A stretch of 49,703 bases of DNA from contig BTUM01000058.1 in the NCBI GenBank assembly GCA_045863235.1, positions 1 to 49,703 of the forward strand. Direction: 5' to 3'. This DNA is from Candidatus Xenobia bacterium. Lineage in GTDB: Bacteria > Vulcanimicrobiota > Xenobia > Xenobiales > QWHO01. Below the pieces are notes generated by a model that did not search any database, was not told the DNA's origin, and worked only from the letters and a program-made list of their open reading frames with translations. The position numbers were made by a program, and so were the translations under genes. Every line of letters starts with the position of its first letter. The first letter of the stretch is position 1. Shown here piece by piece: positions 36,800 through 45,332 of this stretch.

Positions 36800-37527
36800 G
36801 AACCATCCTGTCCGTTTGCCTGTTGCTGGCTCTGCTGGCTCCCGCCCGGAGCCAGGAGCCCTCCAAGCTCTTCGACCGCGCCAACCAGGACTACGCCCAG
36901 GGCCGCTACGCGGCCGCCGCCGAGGGCTATCGTGAGCTGCTCGAGCTGGGCTACACCACCGGGCCGGTCTACTACAACCTGGGCAACGCCTACCAGAAGC
37001 TGGCCGACCCCGGCCGGGCCCGAGCTGCTTACGAGAACGCCCTGGCTCGCATGCCCCGCGACGCCAGCCTGCGCCAGAACCTGGGCGAGCTGGCCAGGAG
37101 CCTGCCTGACAAGAGCGCTCCTCCCTCGCACCTGGAATGGCTGGCGAGCTTCTTCAGCCGCACCGAGCTGACCGTGCTGGCCAGCCTGTTCTACTGGCTG
37201 GGAGCCGGTCTCCTGCTGGTCCAGTTGCGCCGGCGCAGCCTTTTGCGCTCGGCTCTCCTGGCCGTCTGCGCGCTAGGACTGCTCTTCTTCGGAGGGCTGT
37301 GGGCCGTGCGCGAACGCTCCGAGCCCGGCGCGCCGGCCGTGGTGCTGCCCGCCCAGGTGAACCTGTACGACGGACCAGGGCGAGACTTCGAGGCCGGGCT
37401 CAAGCTGAATGCCGGCAGCCTGGTCTACGTGCTGAGCGAGCGCGGCGACTGGCGCGAGGTGGCCGCCATGGGTCGCGTGCGCGGCTGGCTGCGGGCCGAA
37501 GAGCTGGAGCTGCTCCAGCGAGACTGA
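36796..37527 (+). CDS. batE: TPR + SH3 protein BatE
   Basis: FDRANQDY, YYNLGNAY, PRD...NL, TM pair, GP...L..G, GWL. Confidence 0.85.
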   Translation: MRTILSVCLLLALLAPARSQEPSKLFDRANQDYAQGRYAAAAEGYRELLELGYTTGPVYYNLGNAYQKLADPGRARAAYENALARMPRDASLRQNLGELARSLPDKSAPPSHLEWLASFFSRTELTVLASLFYWLGAGLLLVQLRRRSLLRSALLAVCALGLLFFGGLWAVRERSEPGAPAVVLPAQVNLYDGPGRDFEAGLKLNAGSLVYVLSERGDWREVAAMGRVRGWLRAEELELLQRD

Positions 37528-37610
37528 GAATCGCATCGAAAGTGCGGTTCTGGGTTCTGCGGGCAAACTGCCTGAAAGGTCGATGATGCCCGCGGGCCCA
37601 GCACGCAGGG

Positions 37611-38162
37611 CTAAGGGTGGGACCGGATTTCCTCGAGCCGCTCGACGAGCGAGAGCCGGGAGGCCCAACGCTCCAGATAGGTCTGATCCAACGAGCCGTT
37701 GGCCTGGAGAAGGTCGATTGCGTCCGCCCGGTCGATCGGACGCCAGGCGGACAGCTTGAGCAGAATGAGATCCTCCCGGGTCGCTACCCGCACCCCCAGT
37801 CCCAAAAACGAAACCGGGCAAGCCCGCTCCAAGACGCTGCGATGGAGGTCGGTGCCCCCCGACTGGAGATCCACGCTCAAGGAGAACCCGGACTGGACCA
37901 CCGGATACCAGAAACGGAAGAGGACGACGTCATCCAACGAATGACGGTCGGCCCGATCCAGGTGCGAAAACCCGCGTCGCCGCAGAGCTTCGCGGATGGG
38001 CTCGACATCCTCCAAGATAGCAAGGATGTCGCAGTCGCGGGTATTGCGAATTCGTCCGCGCAACATTGCTCCGAGACCCCCGATGAGGGCGTAGGGGATG
38101 CGGCACTCCTCGAGAGCTTCGGTTGCCAGGCGAAGGGCACTGAGGAGCGCGTCACCCAGCAC
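37611..38162 (-). CDS. Nucleotidyltransferase (AbiEii/DUF6036-like)
   Basis: IPYALIGG.G...G..RNTRDCD, VATREDLILLKL..WRPIDRADA, LDQTYLERWA; likely GTG at 38162. Confidence 0.85.
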   Translation of the reverse strand: MLGDALLSALRLATEALEECRIPYALIGGLGAMLRGRIRNTRDCDILAILEDVEPIREALRRRGFSHLDRADRHSLDDVVLFRFWYPVVQSGFSLSVDLQSGGTDLHRSVLERACPVSFLGLGVRVATREDLILLKLSAWRPIDRADAIDLLQANGSLDQTYLERWASRLSLVERLEEIRSHP

Positions 38163-38457
38163 GGGAGAGAATGGTGGCCTGGCGTTTGAGGGCTTCGAGC
38201 TTCTCGCGGTCGAGCCGCTCGTAGCTCTCGGCCAGCTTCTGGATGGCCGTTGGGCGATCACAGCGATGCTCTTGCATCAGGCCGGCGATGGCTCCCTCGA
38301 AACCCAGATTGAGCATTTCGAAGTAAAACCTGGCGCGCTCGTCCAGCCCACTTTCTGGCAGCTCGCGTGGATCATTCAGATGCACCCGGTCGGAATTCGA
38401 CCTGGCGAGCCGCTCTCCCTCGGGCTCGTGGGCTCGTCCTCGAGGCGAGCGACACAT
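38152..38457 (-). CDS. Small hypothetical protein upstream of the nucleotidyltransferase (possible antitoxin-like partner)
   Basis: Helical product overlapping the NTase start; start codon uncertain. Confidence 0.5.
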   Translation of the reverse strand: MCRSPRGRAHEPEGERLARSNSDRVHLNDPRELPESGLDERARFYFEMLNLGFEGAIAGLMQEHRCDRPTAIQKLAESYERLDREKLEALKRQATILSRAG

Positions 38458-38521
38458 CGACCCATGCCATCAGCTGTAGAGCACTGATTCCGGGAACCTC
38501 GCCTGCGTGGTAACATAGGGT

Positions 38522-38780
38522 ATGACGATTCTGGACAGAATGGTCCTGGCCGTGGAAAAGGTTCGTGATCGACTCTTGAGAGCCAGCCAGGCCCTCGCCG
38601 CAGCCGGGATTGGATACGCGGTGGTCGGCGGAAATGCCGTCGCCGCCTGGGTGGCGAAAGTGGATGCCGGGGGTAGGACGTGGATTAGTTACTCGACCGA
38701 AAGGACCTGGCACAGGCAACTCAGGCCCTGAAGAGCGCCGGGTTTTCCTATCGCCACGCGGCCAGCGTTGACAAGTTCTC
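38522..38780 (+). pseudogene. Decayed nucleotidyltransferase gene
   Basis: AVEKVRDRLLRASQAL..AGIGYAVVGGNAVAAWV, then continues in another frame as *DVD*LLDRKDLAQATQALKSAGFSYRH with TAG at 38674 and 38686. Confidence 0.75.
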
Positions 38781-38862
38781 GGGCAGCGAGGCCCAGAACG
38801 GAACGAAGGACCGCCGACCTGACCGAAGAAGCCACGGCTGACTCTCGCTGCAAGGAGCTGCC

Positions 38863-40101
38863 GTGTCTCTTCTGGTCCAACGTCTCGATGTCTCGCTCGA
38901 GCCCGAGCCCCGGCGCGTGCTGCTGAGGCCCTACGCCACCTCGAGCCCGGTCCAGGCCGAGCACGTCATCGGCCGGGTGCTGGCCCTGCCCGAAGAGGAG
39001 GTGCCCGGCCTGCTCGCCTCGGTACTGGCCGAGTTCGAGCAACGCCACCGCAACCTTCGCCCTCGGCTGCTGCGTCATTTCGAGGCCATGAGCGAGCGAT
39101 TGCCCGCGGGCCAGAGCCTGACCCAGGAGCGTCGCCTGCTGCTCGGCGCCTGCTTCAGCGCCGAATACGCCCTGGAAGCGGCCGCCCTGTTCAACCCCTC
39201 CATCGTCCCCCACCCGGACCAGACCGGCGTCCCCTCAGGCGCTCTGCGTTTCGTGCTGAGCCTGCGCTCCACCGGCGAAGGGCACATCTCCTGTATCACT
39301 TTCCGGGCCGGTCTGGTGGATTGCGACGGCCGTGTGCAGCTCGAGCCGGGCTCCACCCTGGCCACCGAGCCGAGCGTGGTCCCTCTGGAGGGCCAGGAGT
39401 ACGAGGCCTGCTTCGAGCCTGAGAGCGAGCTGGCCGAGCGGGTGCTCTTTCCGGTCACCGAAGCCCAGCGCAACGGCATCGAGGACGCCCGCTTCGTGCG
39501 CCTGGGCGAGAGCTACTATGGCACCTACACCGCTTATGACGGGCGTCAGATCCTGCCCCAGCTGATAAAGACGCAAGACTTCCAGCGTTTCCTCTTCATC
39601 ACGCCGACGGGCGAAGCGGTGCGCAACAAGGGGTTCGCCCTGTTTCCCCGGATGCTGAGCGGCAAGTACGCCATGCTCGGGCGCCAGGACGGAGAGAACC
39701 TCACGCTCATGCTCTCCGACAACCTGCGCCACTGGCCCGAGTCCTGCGTCATCGTGCAGCCCCGCTTCCCCTGGGAGCTGGTGCAGATCGGCAATTGCGG
39801 CTCTCCCCTGGAAACCGAGGCCGGCTGGCTGGTGCTGACCCACGGCGTGGGACCGCTGCGCAAGTATTGTATCGGCGCGCTCCTGCTCGACCGCGACCAG
39901 CCCGACCGGGTGGTGGGCCGGCTGAGCCAGCCTTTGCTCGCTCCCCTGGAGAGCGAACGGGAAGGCTATGTGCCCAACGTGGTCTACAGCTGCGGGGGGC
40001 TTCTGCACGCGGGCTGGCTGATGCTGCCATACGCCGTCTCCGACTCGGCCTGCCGCTTTGCCCGCATCCAACTGAAAGCGTTGCTGGAAGCCATGTCGTG
40101 A
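38863..40101 (+). CDS. Glycoside hydrolase family 130 protein
   Basis: EAAALFNPSIV, GEGHIS, NGIEDARF, TYTAYDG, NKGFALFP, IGNCGSP, HGVG, REGYVPNVVYSCG, YAVSD; AAGGAG RBS. Confidence 0.92.
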   Translation: MSLLVQRLDVSLEPEPRRVLLRPYATSSPVQAEHVIGRVLALPEEEVPGLLASVLAEFEQRHRNLRPRLLRHFEAMSERLPAGQSLTQERRLLLGACFSAEYALEAAALFNPSIVPHPDQTGVPSGALRFVLSLRSTGEGHISCITFRAGLVDCDGRVQLEPGSTLATEPSVVPLEGQEYEACFEPESELAERVLFPVTEAQRNGIEDARFVRLGESYYGTYTAYDGRQILPQLIKTQDFQRFLFITPTGEAVRNKGFALFPRMLSGKYAMLGRQDGENLTLMLSDNLRHWPESCVIVQPRFPWELVQIGNCGSPLETEAGWLVLTHGVGPLRKYCIGALLLDRDQPDRVVGRLSQPLLAPLESEREGYVPNVVYSCGGLLHAGWLMLPYAVSDSACRFARIQLKALLEAMS

Positions 40102-41675
40102 AGCGGTTGTGGCTGGCGCTGCTGCTGTTGCTGGCCTGCGCCCGGCCGGGTGAGGACCGGGGCTGGTTCTACAGCGCCGGCGACTGGGCCGTCCCGCCCG
40201 CCTACCACGGCAACCCCTGGGCCCCCGGCGGGGTGGGCGTGGCCGCCAGCTACGTCTACGAGCCGCTCTTCTTCTACGTGCCCGCGGACGGGCGCCTCTT
40301 GCCCCGCCTTGGCACCGGCTTCGAGGAGTCGACCGGCCGGCTGACCGTGCGCCTCGAGCCGGCGGCCCGCTGGCACGACGGACATCCCTTCACCAGCCGC
40401 GACGTGGCCTGCACCTTCGAGGTGGGCCGGCTCAAGAACCTGGAGATCTGGGCCTACCTCGAGCGCATCGAGTGCCCCGACGAGCACACCGTGGTCTTTC
40501 ATTGGAAGAAGGCCTCTCCGGTGAATCGCCTGCGAGCCCTGACCGAGCCCATCACCTCGGCCCACCACCTCTTCGGCCAGTTCATTCCCCGCCAGGCCGA
40601 CCTGCAGGGCGCGCGCGAGGTGCTCTTTCGCGAGCACCCGCCCCGTCCGGTGGGCACCGGGCCCTTCCGGCTGACCCGGGTGACCCCCTCGGACATGGAG
40701 CTGGAGCGCTTCGAAGGCTACCACCAGGCCGAGCGAGTGGCGGTCAAGGGCGTGCGGCTGGTGCGCTGGGGGCGCAACGAAGTGGTCTGGTCCTACCTGT
40801 TCGCGGGCGAGGTGGACGCCCTCAGCCCGGCCTGCCCCTACGACCTGGCCGAGGAGATCCTGCGGCGCAATCCGGGGATGCGGCTGGTGACCCCGTCCGA
40901 TTTCTCCGAGATGGGGATCCTGATCAACACCCGGCGGCCGCCTTTCGACCGGATCGAGAATCGACGGGCACTGGCCGGGTTGCTCGACCGCGATCAGATC
41001 CGCACCATCTCCTCCACCGTCAGCCTGACCATCGACCAGACCAACATGGGCCTGGTGCAGCCCGAGCGCTGGCTGGATCGCAAGTTTCTCCAGAGCCTGC
41101 CCACCACGCCCCATCGGGCGGTCCGGCTGGAAGGCCCACCGGTCGAGATCATGGCTCCCTCGGGCTTCACCGACCTGGCCCTGCTGGCCGAGGTGGCCGC
41201 CTCCCAGCTGAGCCGCGCCGGGCTGCCAGCCCGGGTGAGGCTGGTGCCAGGCGAGCTCTTCTCGGCCTGGATGCTGGACGGTAACTTCGACCTGGCGGCC
41301 AGTTTCGGAGCCCAGCTCGGACGCTGGGTGCACCCATCGGTGGCCCTCTCGCGCTTTTTTTACCGGCAGGCCCCCCTCCAGGCTGGAGCCGGACTGCCCC
41401 TGGTACGCGAGGGCGTGGACACCCACTCCACCGTCGAGCAGCTGGGCCTGGAGACCGACCCCGAGCGCTCGCGCCAGCTTCTCCAAACCCTGCTGCTGGC
41501 CAACAGCCGCGACCTGCCCTTCATCCCGTGCTTTGAGAAGCGCCTGATGATCTTCGTGCAGGACGGCCGGCGCGTGAGCGGCTGGCCAGGGCCGGAGGAC
41601 CCCCTCTGGTCGGCCGCCCCGCTGGGCGTGGAGGCGCTCTATTGCCAGCTTCTGAGCCAGGGGACGGTGCGTTGA
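40098..41675 (+). CDS. ABC transporter substrate-binding lipoprotein, family 5
   Basis: GTG overlap, lipobox LLLLA-C, YEPLF, WHDGHPFTSRDV, PVGTGPF, GEVD. Confidence 0.9.
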   Translation: MKRLWLALLLLLACARPGEDRGWFYSAGDWAVPPAYHGNPWAPGGVGVAASYVYEPLFFYVPADGRLLPRLGTGFEESTGRLTVRLEPAARWHDGHPFTSRDVACTFEVGRLKNLEIWAYLERIECPDEHTVVFHWKKASPVNRLRALTEPITSAHHLFGQFIPRQADLQGAREVLFREHPPRPVGTGPFRLTRVTPSDMELERFEGYHQAERVAVKGVRLVRWGRNEVVWSYLFAGEVDALSPACPYDLAEEILRRNPGMRLVTPSDFSEMGILINTRRPPFDRIENRRALAGLLDRDQIRTISSTVSLTIDQTNMGLVQPERWLDRKFLQSLPTTPHRAVRLEGPPVEIMAPSGFTDLALLAEVAASQLSRAGLPARVRLVPGELFSAWMLDGNFDLAASFGAQLGRWVHPSVALSRFFYRQAPLQAGAGLPLVREGVDTHSTVEQLGLETDPERSRQLLQTLLLANSRDLPFIPCFEKRLMIFVQDGRRVSGWPGPEDPLWSAAPLGVEALYCQLLSQGTVR

Positions 41676-42643
41676 CCCGCCGCCTGGCCATCGCCGCCCT
41701 CACCCTGTGGCTGGCCACCACCTTTACCTTCGTGCTGCTGCGCCAGATGCCGGGGGACATTCTGCACAACTGGGCGATGCAGATCCAGGCCCAGCAGAGC
41801 ATCCCCTATGAGGAGGCGCGCCGGGTGGCCGTCACGCTGGTCAACTACGACCCCGACGAGCCGGTTCTGCGCCAGTACGGGCGTTACCTGAGCGAGCTGG
41901 CCCGGGGTGACCTGGGGCGCTCGCTGACCTACCGCATCCCGGTGGTCGAGATCCTGGCCGCCGCCCTGCCCTGGACGCTGTTTCTCACCCTGGTCAGCCT
42001 GGCCTTGAGTTTCGCGCTGGGCTCGCTGCTGGGCCTGATGGCGGCCTGGAAACGGCGCGGCTGGCTCGATCCGATCCTCAGCCTCTATGCCACCGTCACC
42101 CAGGCCGTACCCGACTTCTTGATCGGCGTGCTGCTGCTGGTCGGATTCGGGGTGGTTCTGCGCTGGTTCCCCCTGCGGGGAGCCTACGGGCTGGGAGTGG
42201 AGCCTGGCTGGAATCTGGCCTTCGCCGCTGACGTGATCCACCACGCCATGCTGCCGGCCCTGGCTTTCGCCCTGCCGGGACTGGGCGGCTGGGCCCTGGC
42301 CATGCGGGCCTCGGCCCTCTCTGTGCTGGGCGAAGACTACCTGGCCGTGGCCCGGGCCAAGGGACTCAAGCCCGGTCGGATCCTGAGCCGCTATCTGGGC
42401 CGCAACGCCCTCCTGCCGCTGGTGGCCGCCCTGCCCCCCGCGCTGGGATCGATGCTGGGGGGCACCATGCTTGTGGAGTCGATCTTCGGCTATCCGGGCG
42501 TGGGCTATTTCCTCTCCCAGGCCATCGCCACCCGCGACTACACCCTGATGCAGGGGCTCTTCCTGGTCTTCACGGCCGCCACGGTGTGCGGCAATTTGAT
42601 CGCCGAGGCCGTCTCGCGCCGCCTGGACCCGCGCTTGCGATGA
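41672..42643 (+). CDS. Opp/Dpp-type ABC permease (B subunit)
   Basis: MPGD, GDLGRS, LPWTL, EDYLAVARAKGL, RNALLP, RDYTLMQG, LDPR. Confidence 0.93.
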   Translation: MTRRLAIAALTLWLATTFTFVLLRQMPGDILHNWAMQIQAQQSIPYEEARRVAVTLVNYDPDEPVLRQYGRYLSELARGDLGRSLTYRIPVVEILAAALPWTLFLTLVSLALSFALGSLLGLMAAWKRRGWLDPILSLYATVTQAVPDFLIGVLLLVGFGVVLRWFPLRGAYGLGVEPGWNLAFAADVIHHAMLPALAFALPGLGGWALAMRASALSVLGEDYLAVARAKGLKPGRILSRYLGRNALLPLVAALPPALGSMLGGTMLVESIFGYPGVGYFLSQAIATRDYTLMQGLFLVFTAATVCGNLIAEAVSRRLDPRLR

Positions 42644-43443
42644 GGATAGGAGCCTTCCTGCTGGTTCTGTTCGGCCTGACGGCCCTGCTCGGGCCCGTGC
42701 TCGTTCCCCTCGATCTCACCCCCGACTATGCGTTGCGCTTCCAGCCCCCGGGCTGGCCGCACCTGCTGGGCACCGACTACGCCGGCCGCGACATCCTGGC
42801 TCAGCTGGTGCACGGCTCGCGCGACATCATGGTGATCGCCTTCCTCTCCGGCGCCCTGGCCACGGCCATGGCCCTGGTGGTGGGGGTGGGTGCGGCCCTG
42901 GCGGGCGGCTGGCGCGATGCTGTGCTGAGCACCGTGGTGGACGTGCTGCTGACCGTGCCCACCTTCCCCGTCATGGCCATCCTGGCTGCCCTGCTGCGGG
43001 TGGAGGATGCCTTCAGTTTCGCACTGGTGCTCTCGCTCTGGTCCTGGCCGGCCCTGGCCCGCTCGCTGCGGGCCCAGGTGCTCTCTCTCAAGCGGCGCGA
43101 GTTCCTGGAGGCGGCCTACGTGCTGTGCATGAGCCGTTGGCACATCCTGACCCGGGAGATCCTGCCCAACATCCTTCCCAGCGTGACCCTCAGCTTCATC
43201 AACCTGACCCGGGGCGCCATCACCGCCAGCGTGGGCATCATGCTGCTGGGGCTGGTGCCCCTGCGGGTGGACAACTGGGGCATGATGCTCAACCTGGCCG
43301 CCTTCCAGTCGGGGGCCATCTTCCTGCCCCACGCCTGGTCGTACCTGCTCTCGCCCCTGCTGGCCATCGTCTTGTTCCAGTGGGCCCTCATCCAGCTGGC
43401 CCGCGGCCTGGAAGAGCGCTTCGATCCGAGGCTCCATGCTTGA
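42640..43443 (+). CDS. Opp/Dpp-type ABC permease (C subunit)
   Basis: HLLGTDYAGRD, ARSLRAQVLSLKRREFLEAA, ILPN, WGMML, FDPR. Confidence 0.93.
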   Translation: MRIGAFLLVLFGLTALLGPVLVPLDLTPDYALRFQPPGWPHLLGTDYAGRDILAQLVHGSRDIMVIAFLSGALATAMALVVGVGAALAGGWRDAVLSTVVDVLLTVPTFPVMAILAALLRVEDAFSFALVLSLWSWPALARSLRAQVLSLKRREFLEAAYVLCMSRWHILTREILPNILPSVTLSFINLTRGAITASVGIMLLGLVPLRVDNWGMMLNLAAFQSGAIFLPHAWSYLLSPLLAIVLFQWALIQLARGLEERFDPRLHA

Positions 43444-44374
43444 GTTCGAGAACCTGAGCGTGGACTATCTGGTCAGCGAGGGACGGGCGCGCAGCGTGGA
43501 GGCTGTCAGCTTCGCCCTTCCTCGGGGCCAGGTGACCGCCCTCATCGGCGAGTCGGGCAGCGGCAAGAGCACCCTGACCGGCGCCGTCCTGGGCCTGCTG
43601 GCCCCCAATGCGCGCATCCACCCTGAGAGCCGCATCCTGTTCGAGGGACAGGACCTGCTCAAGCTGCCCGCCGAGGAGCTTCGCCAGTTTCGCTGGCGAC
43701 GAGCCTCGATGGTCTTCCAGGCGGCTCAAAACGCCTTCAACCCCACCCTCACGCTGGGCGAGCAACTGGTGGACAGCGGCCCCGACCACGGGGTAAGCGT
43801 GCCCCGCGAGCGGGTGGAGCAGCTGCTGCGCCAGGTGCGCCTGGACCCCGACCGGGTGCTGGGCGCCTTCCCCCACCAGCTTTCCGGGGGCATGCGCCAG
43901 CGCGCCCTGCTGGCCATGGCCCTGATGCTCGAGCCCGAGCTGATCATCCTGGACGAGCCCACCACCGCTCTGGACCTGATCACCCAGGCCTACATCTTCG
44001 ACATCTTCGAGGAGGTGCAGCGCGAGCGCGCTCTTACGATGCTGCTGATCACCCACGACCTGCCGGTGGTGGAGCGGCTGGCCCGGCATGTGGGCGTGCT
44101 CTACTCCGGACGATTGGTGGAGGCTGGGCCCCTGGAACAGGTCTTCGACACTCCCCAGCACCCCTACACCCGCGCGCTGCTGGGCTCGTTGCCGCGGGTG
44201 GACGGGAGGGCGCCGGATGGCGCCCGGCTGGCGGGTCAGGCTCCGGGGTTGCTGCACAAGCCCGCGGGCTGCGTGCTGCACCCGCGCTGCCCCGAAGCGC
44301 AGGAGCGTTGCCGGTCGGAGGTGCCGCTCCTGCGCCAGGCTGCGGGAAGGCGGGTCGCGTGTCACCTGCGCTAA
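43436..44374 (+). CDS. Opp/Dpp-type ABC ATPase (D subunit)
   Basis: GESGSGKS, FPHQLSGGMRQR, DEPTTALD, HPYT, GC..HPRC...C...VACH. Confidence 0.95.
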   Translation: MLEFENLSVDYLVSEGRARSVEAVSFALPRGQVTALIGESGSGKSTLTGAVLGLLAPNARIHPESRILFEGQDLLKLPAEELRQFRWRRASMVFQAAQNAFNPTLTLGEQLVDSGPDHGVSVPRERVEQLLRQVRLDPDRVLGAFPHQLSGGMRQRALLAMALMLEPELIILDEPTTALDLITQAYIFDIFEEVQRERALTMLLITHDLPVVERLARHVGVLYSGRLVEAGPLEQVFDTPQHPYTRALLGSLPRVDGRAPDGARLAGQAPGLLHKPAGCVLHPRCPEAQERCRSEVPLLRQAAGRRVACHLR

Positions 44375-45291
44375 TGCCAGATAGCGTCATCGAGCTGCGG
44401 CAGGTGAGCCTGCGCTACGGCGACCTGACAGCCGTCCAGGAAGTCAGCCTGAGCGTTCCGCCTGGCCAGGTGGTCACGGTCGTGGGCGAGAGCGGTTGCG
44501 GGAAGTCCAGCCTGGGCAAACTGGTGCTGGGGGTGGAGCGGCCCACGTCCGGGAGCGTTCTCTACCAGGGCCAGGAGCTGTGGGGTCCCGGGTTCGGCTG
44601 GACACCCGAGCTACGCCGCACGGTTCAGGTGGTACACCAGGACAGTTATGCCAGCCTCAACCCGGTGCGCCGCATTCGCTCCATTCTGGGCGATCCGCTG
44701 CGCCAGCACAGGGTCAAGACCACCGTGGAGGAGCTGCTGGCCTCGGTCGGGCTGGATCCACCCGAATATTTCGCCAGCAAGTATCCCTTCCAGCTCTCGG
44801 GAGGCCAGCGCCAGCGCGTCTCGCTGGCGCGGGCCACCATTGCCTCGCCGCGCTTGATCGTGGCCGACGAGCCGGTGAGCGGGGTGGACGCCTCGCTGCG
44901 CCTGGCCATCCTGGACCTGATGCGCCGACTGGCCGACGAGCGCGGGATCGCCTTCCTGTACATCACCCACGACCTGGCCACCGCTCGCTACCTTGCCCGG
45001 GGCGGGCGCATGCTGGTAATGTACCTGGGCCGGGTGGTGGAGCAGGGACCAGTGGAGGCGGTACTGGACGATCCCCACCACCCCTACCTGCAGGCCCTGC
45101 TGGCCGCCCTGCCGGCCCGCGAGAGGCGCCCCCTGCCGCTGCGCAGCCTGGACTTGCCCGACCCGCGCCGGCCTCCAGGCGGCTGCGCTTTCCATCCCCG
45201 TTGCCCGCGCTGGCAGAAGCGGTGCGAGGAAGAGGCGCCGGCCCTGGGCGAGCGGGTGGCCTGCCATTTCCCGGGCAGGGACCCCACCTGA
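44374..45291 (+). CDS. Opp/Dpp-type ABC ATPase (F subunit)
   Basis: GESGCGKS, QLSGGQRQR, DEPVS, ITHDL, HPY, GCAFHPRC. Confidence 0.95.
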   Translation: MPDSVIELRQVSLRYGDLTAVQEVSLSVPPGQVVTVVGESGCGKSSLGKLVLGVERPTSGSVLYQGQELWGPGFGWTPELRRTVQVVHQDSYASLNPVRRIRSILGDPLRQHRVKTTVEELLASVGLDPPEYFASKYPFQLSGGQRQRVSLARATIASPRLIVADEPVSGVDASLRLAILDLMRRLADERGIAFLYITHDLATARYLARGGRMLVMYLGRVVEQGPVEAVLDDPHHPYLQALLAALPARERRPLPLRSLDLPDPRRPPGGCAFHPRCPRWQKRCEEEAPALGERVACHFPGRDPT

Positions 45292-45332
45292 CGGACCGAA
45301 CCCGTTCAAGATCGAAACGACTGGGGGGAACG

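Noticed and set aside
24108..38497. Identical 11-mer ATTCCGGGAAC in the higBA operator (24108-24118) and before the decayed NTase (38487-38497)
   Set aside because: 11-bp matches arise readily by chance in 50 kb, and the second site lacks the other half of the palindrome
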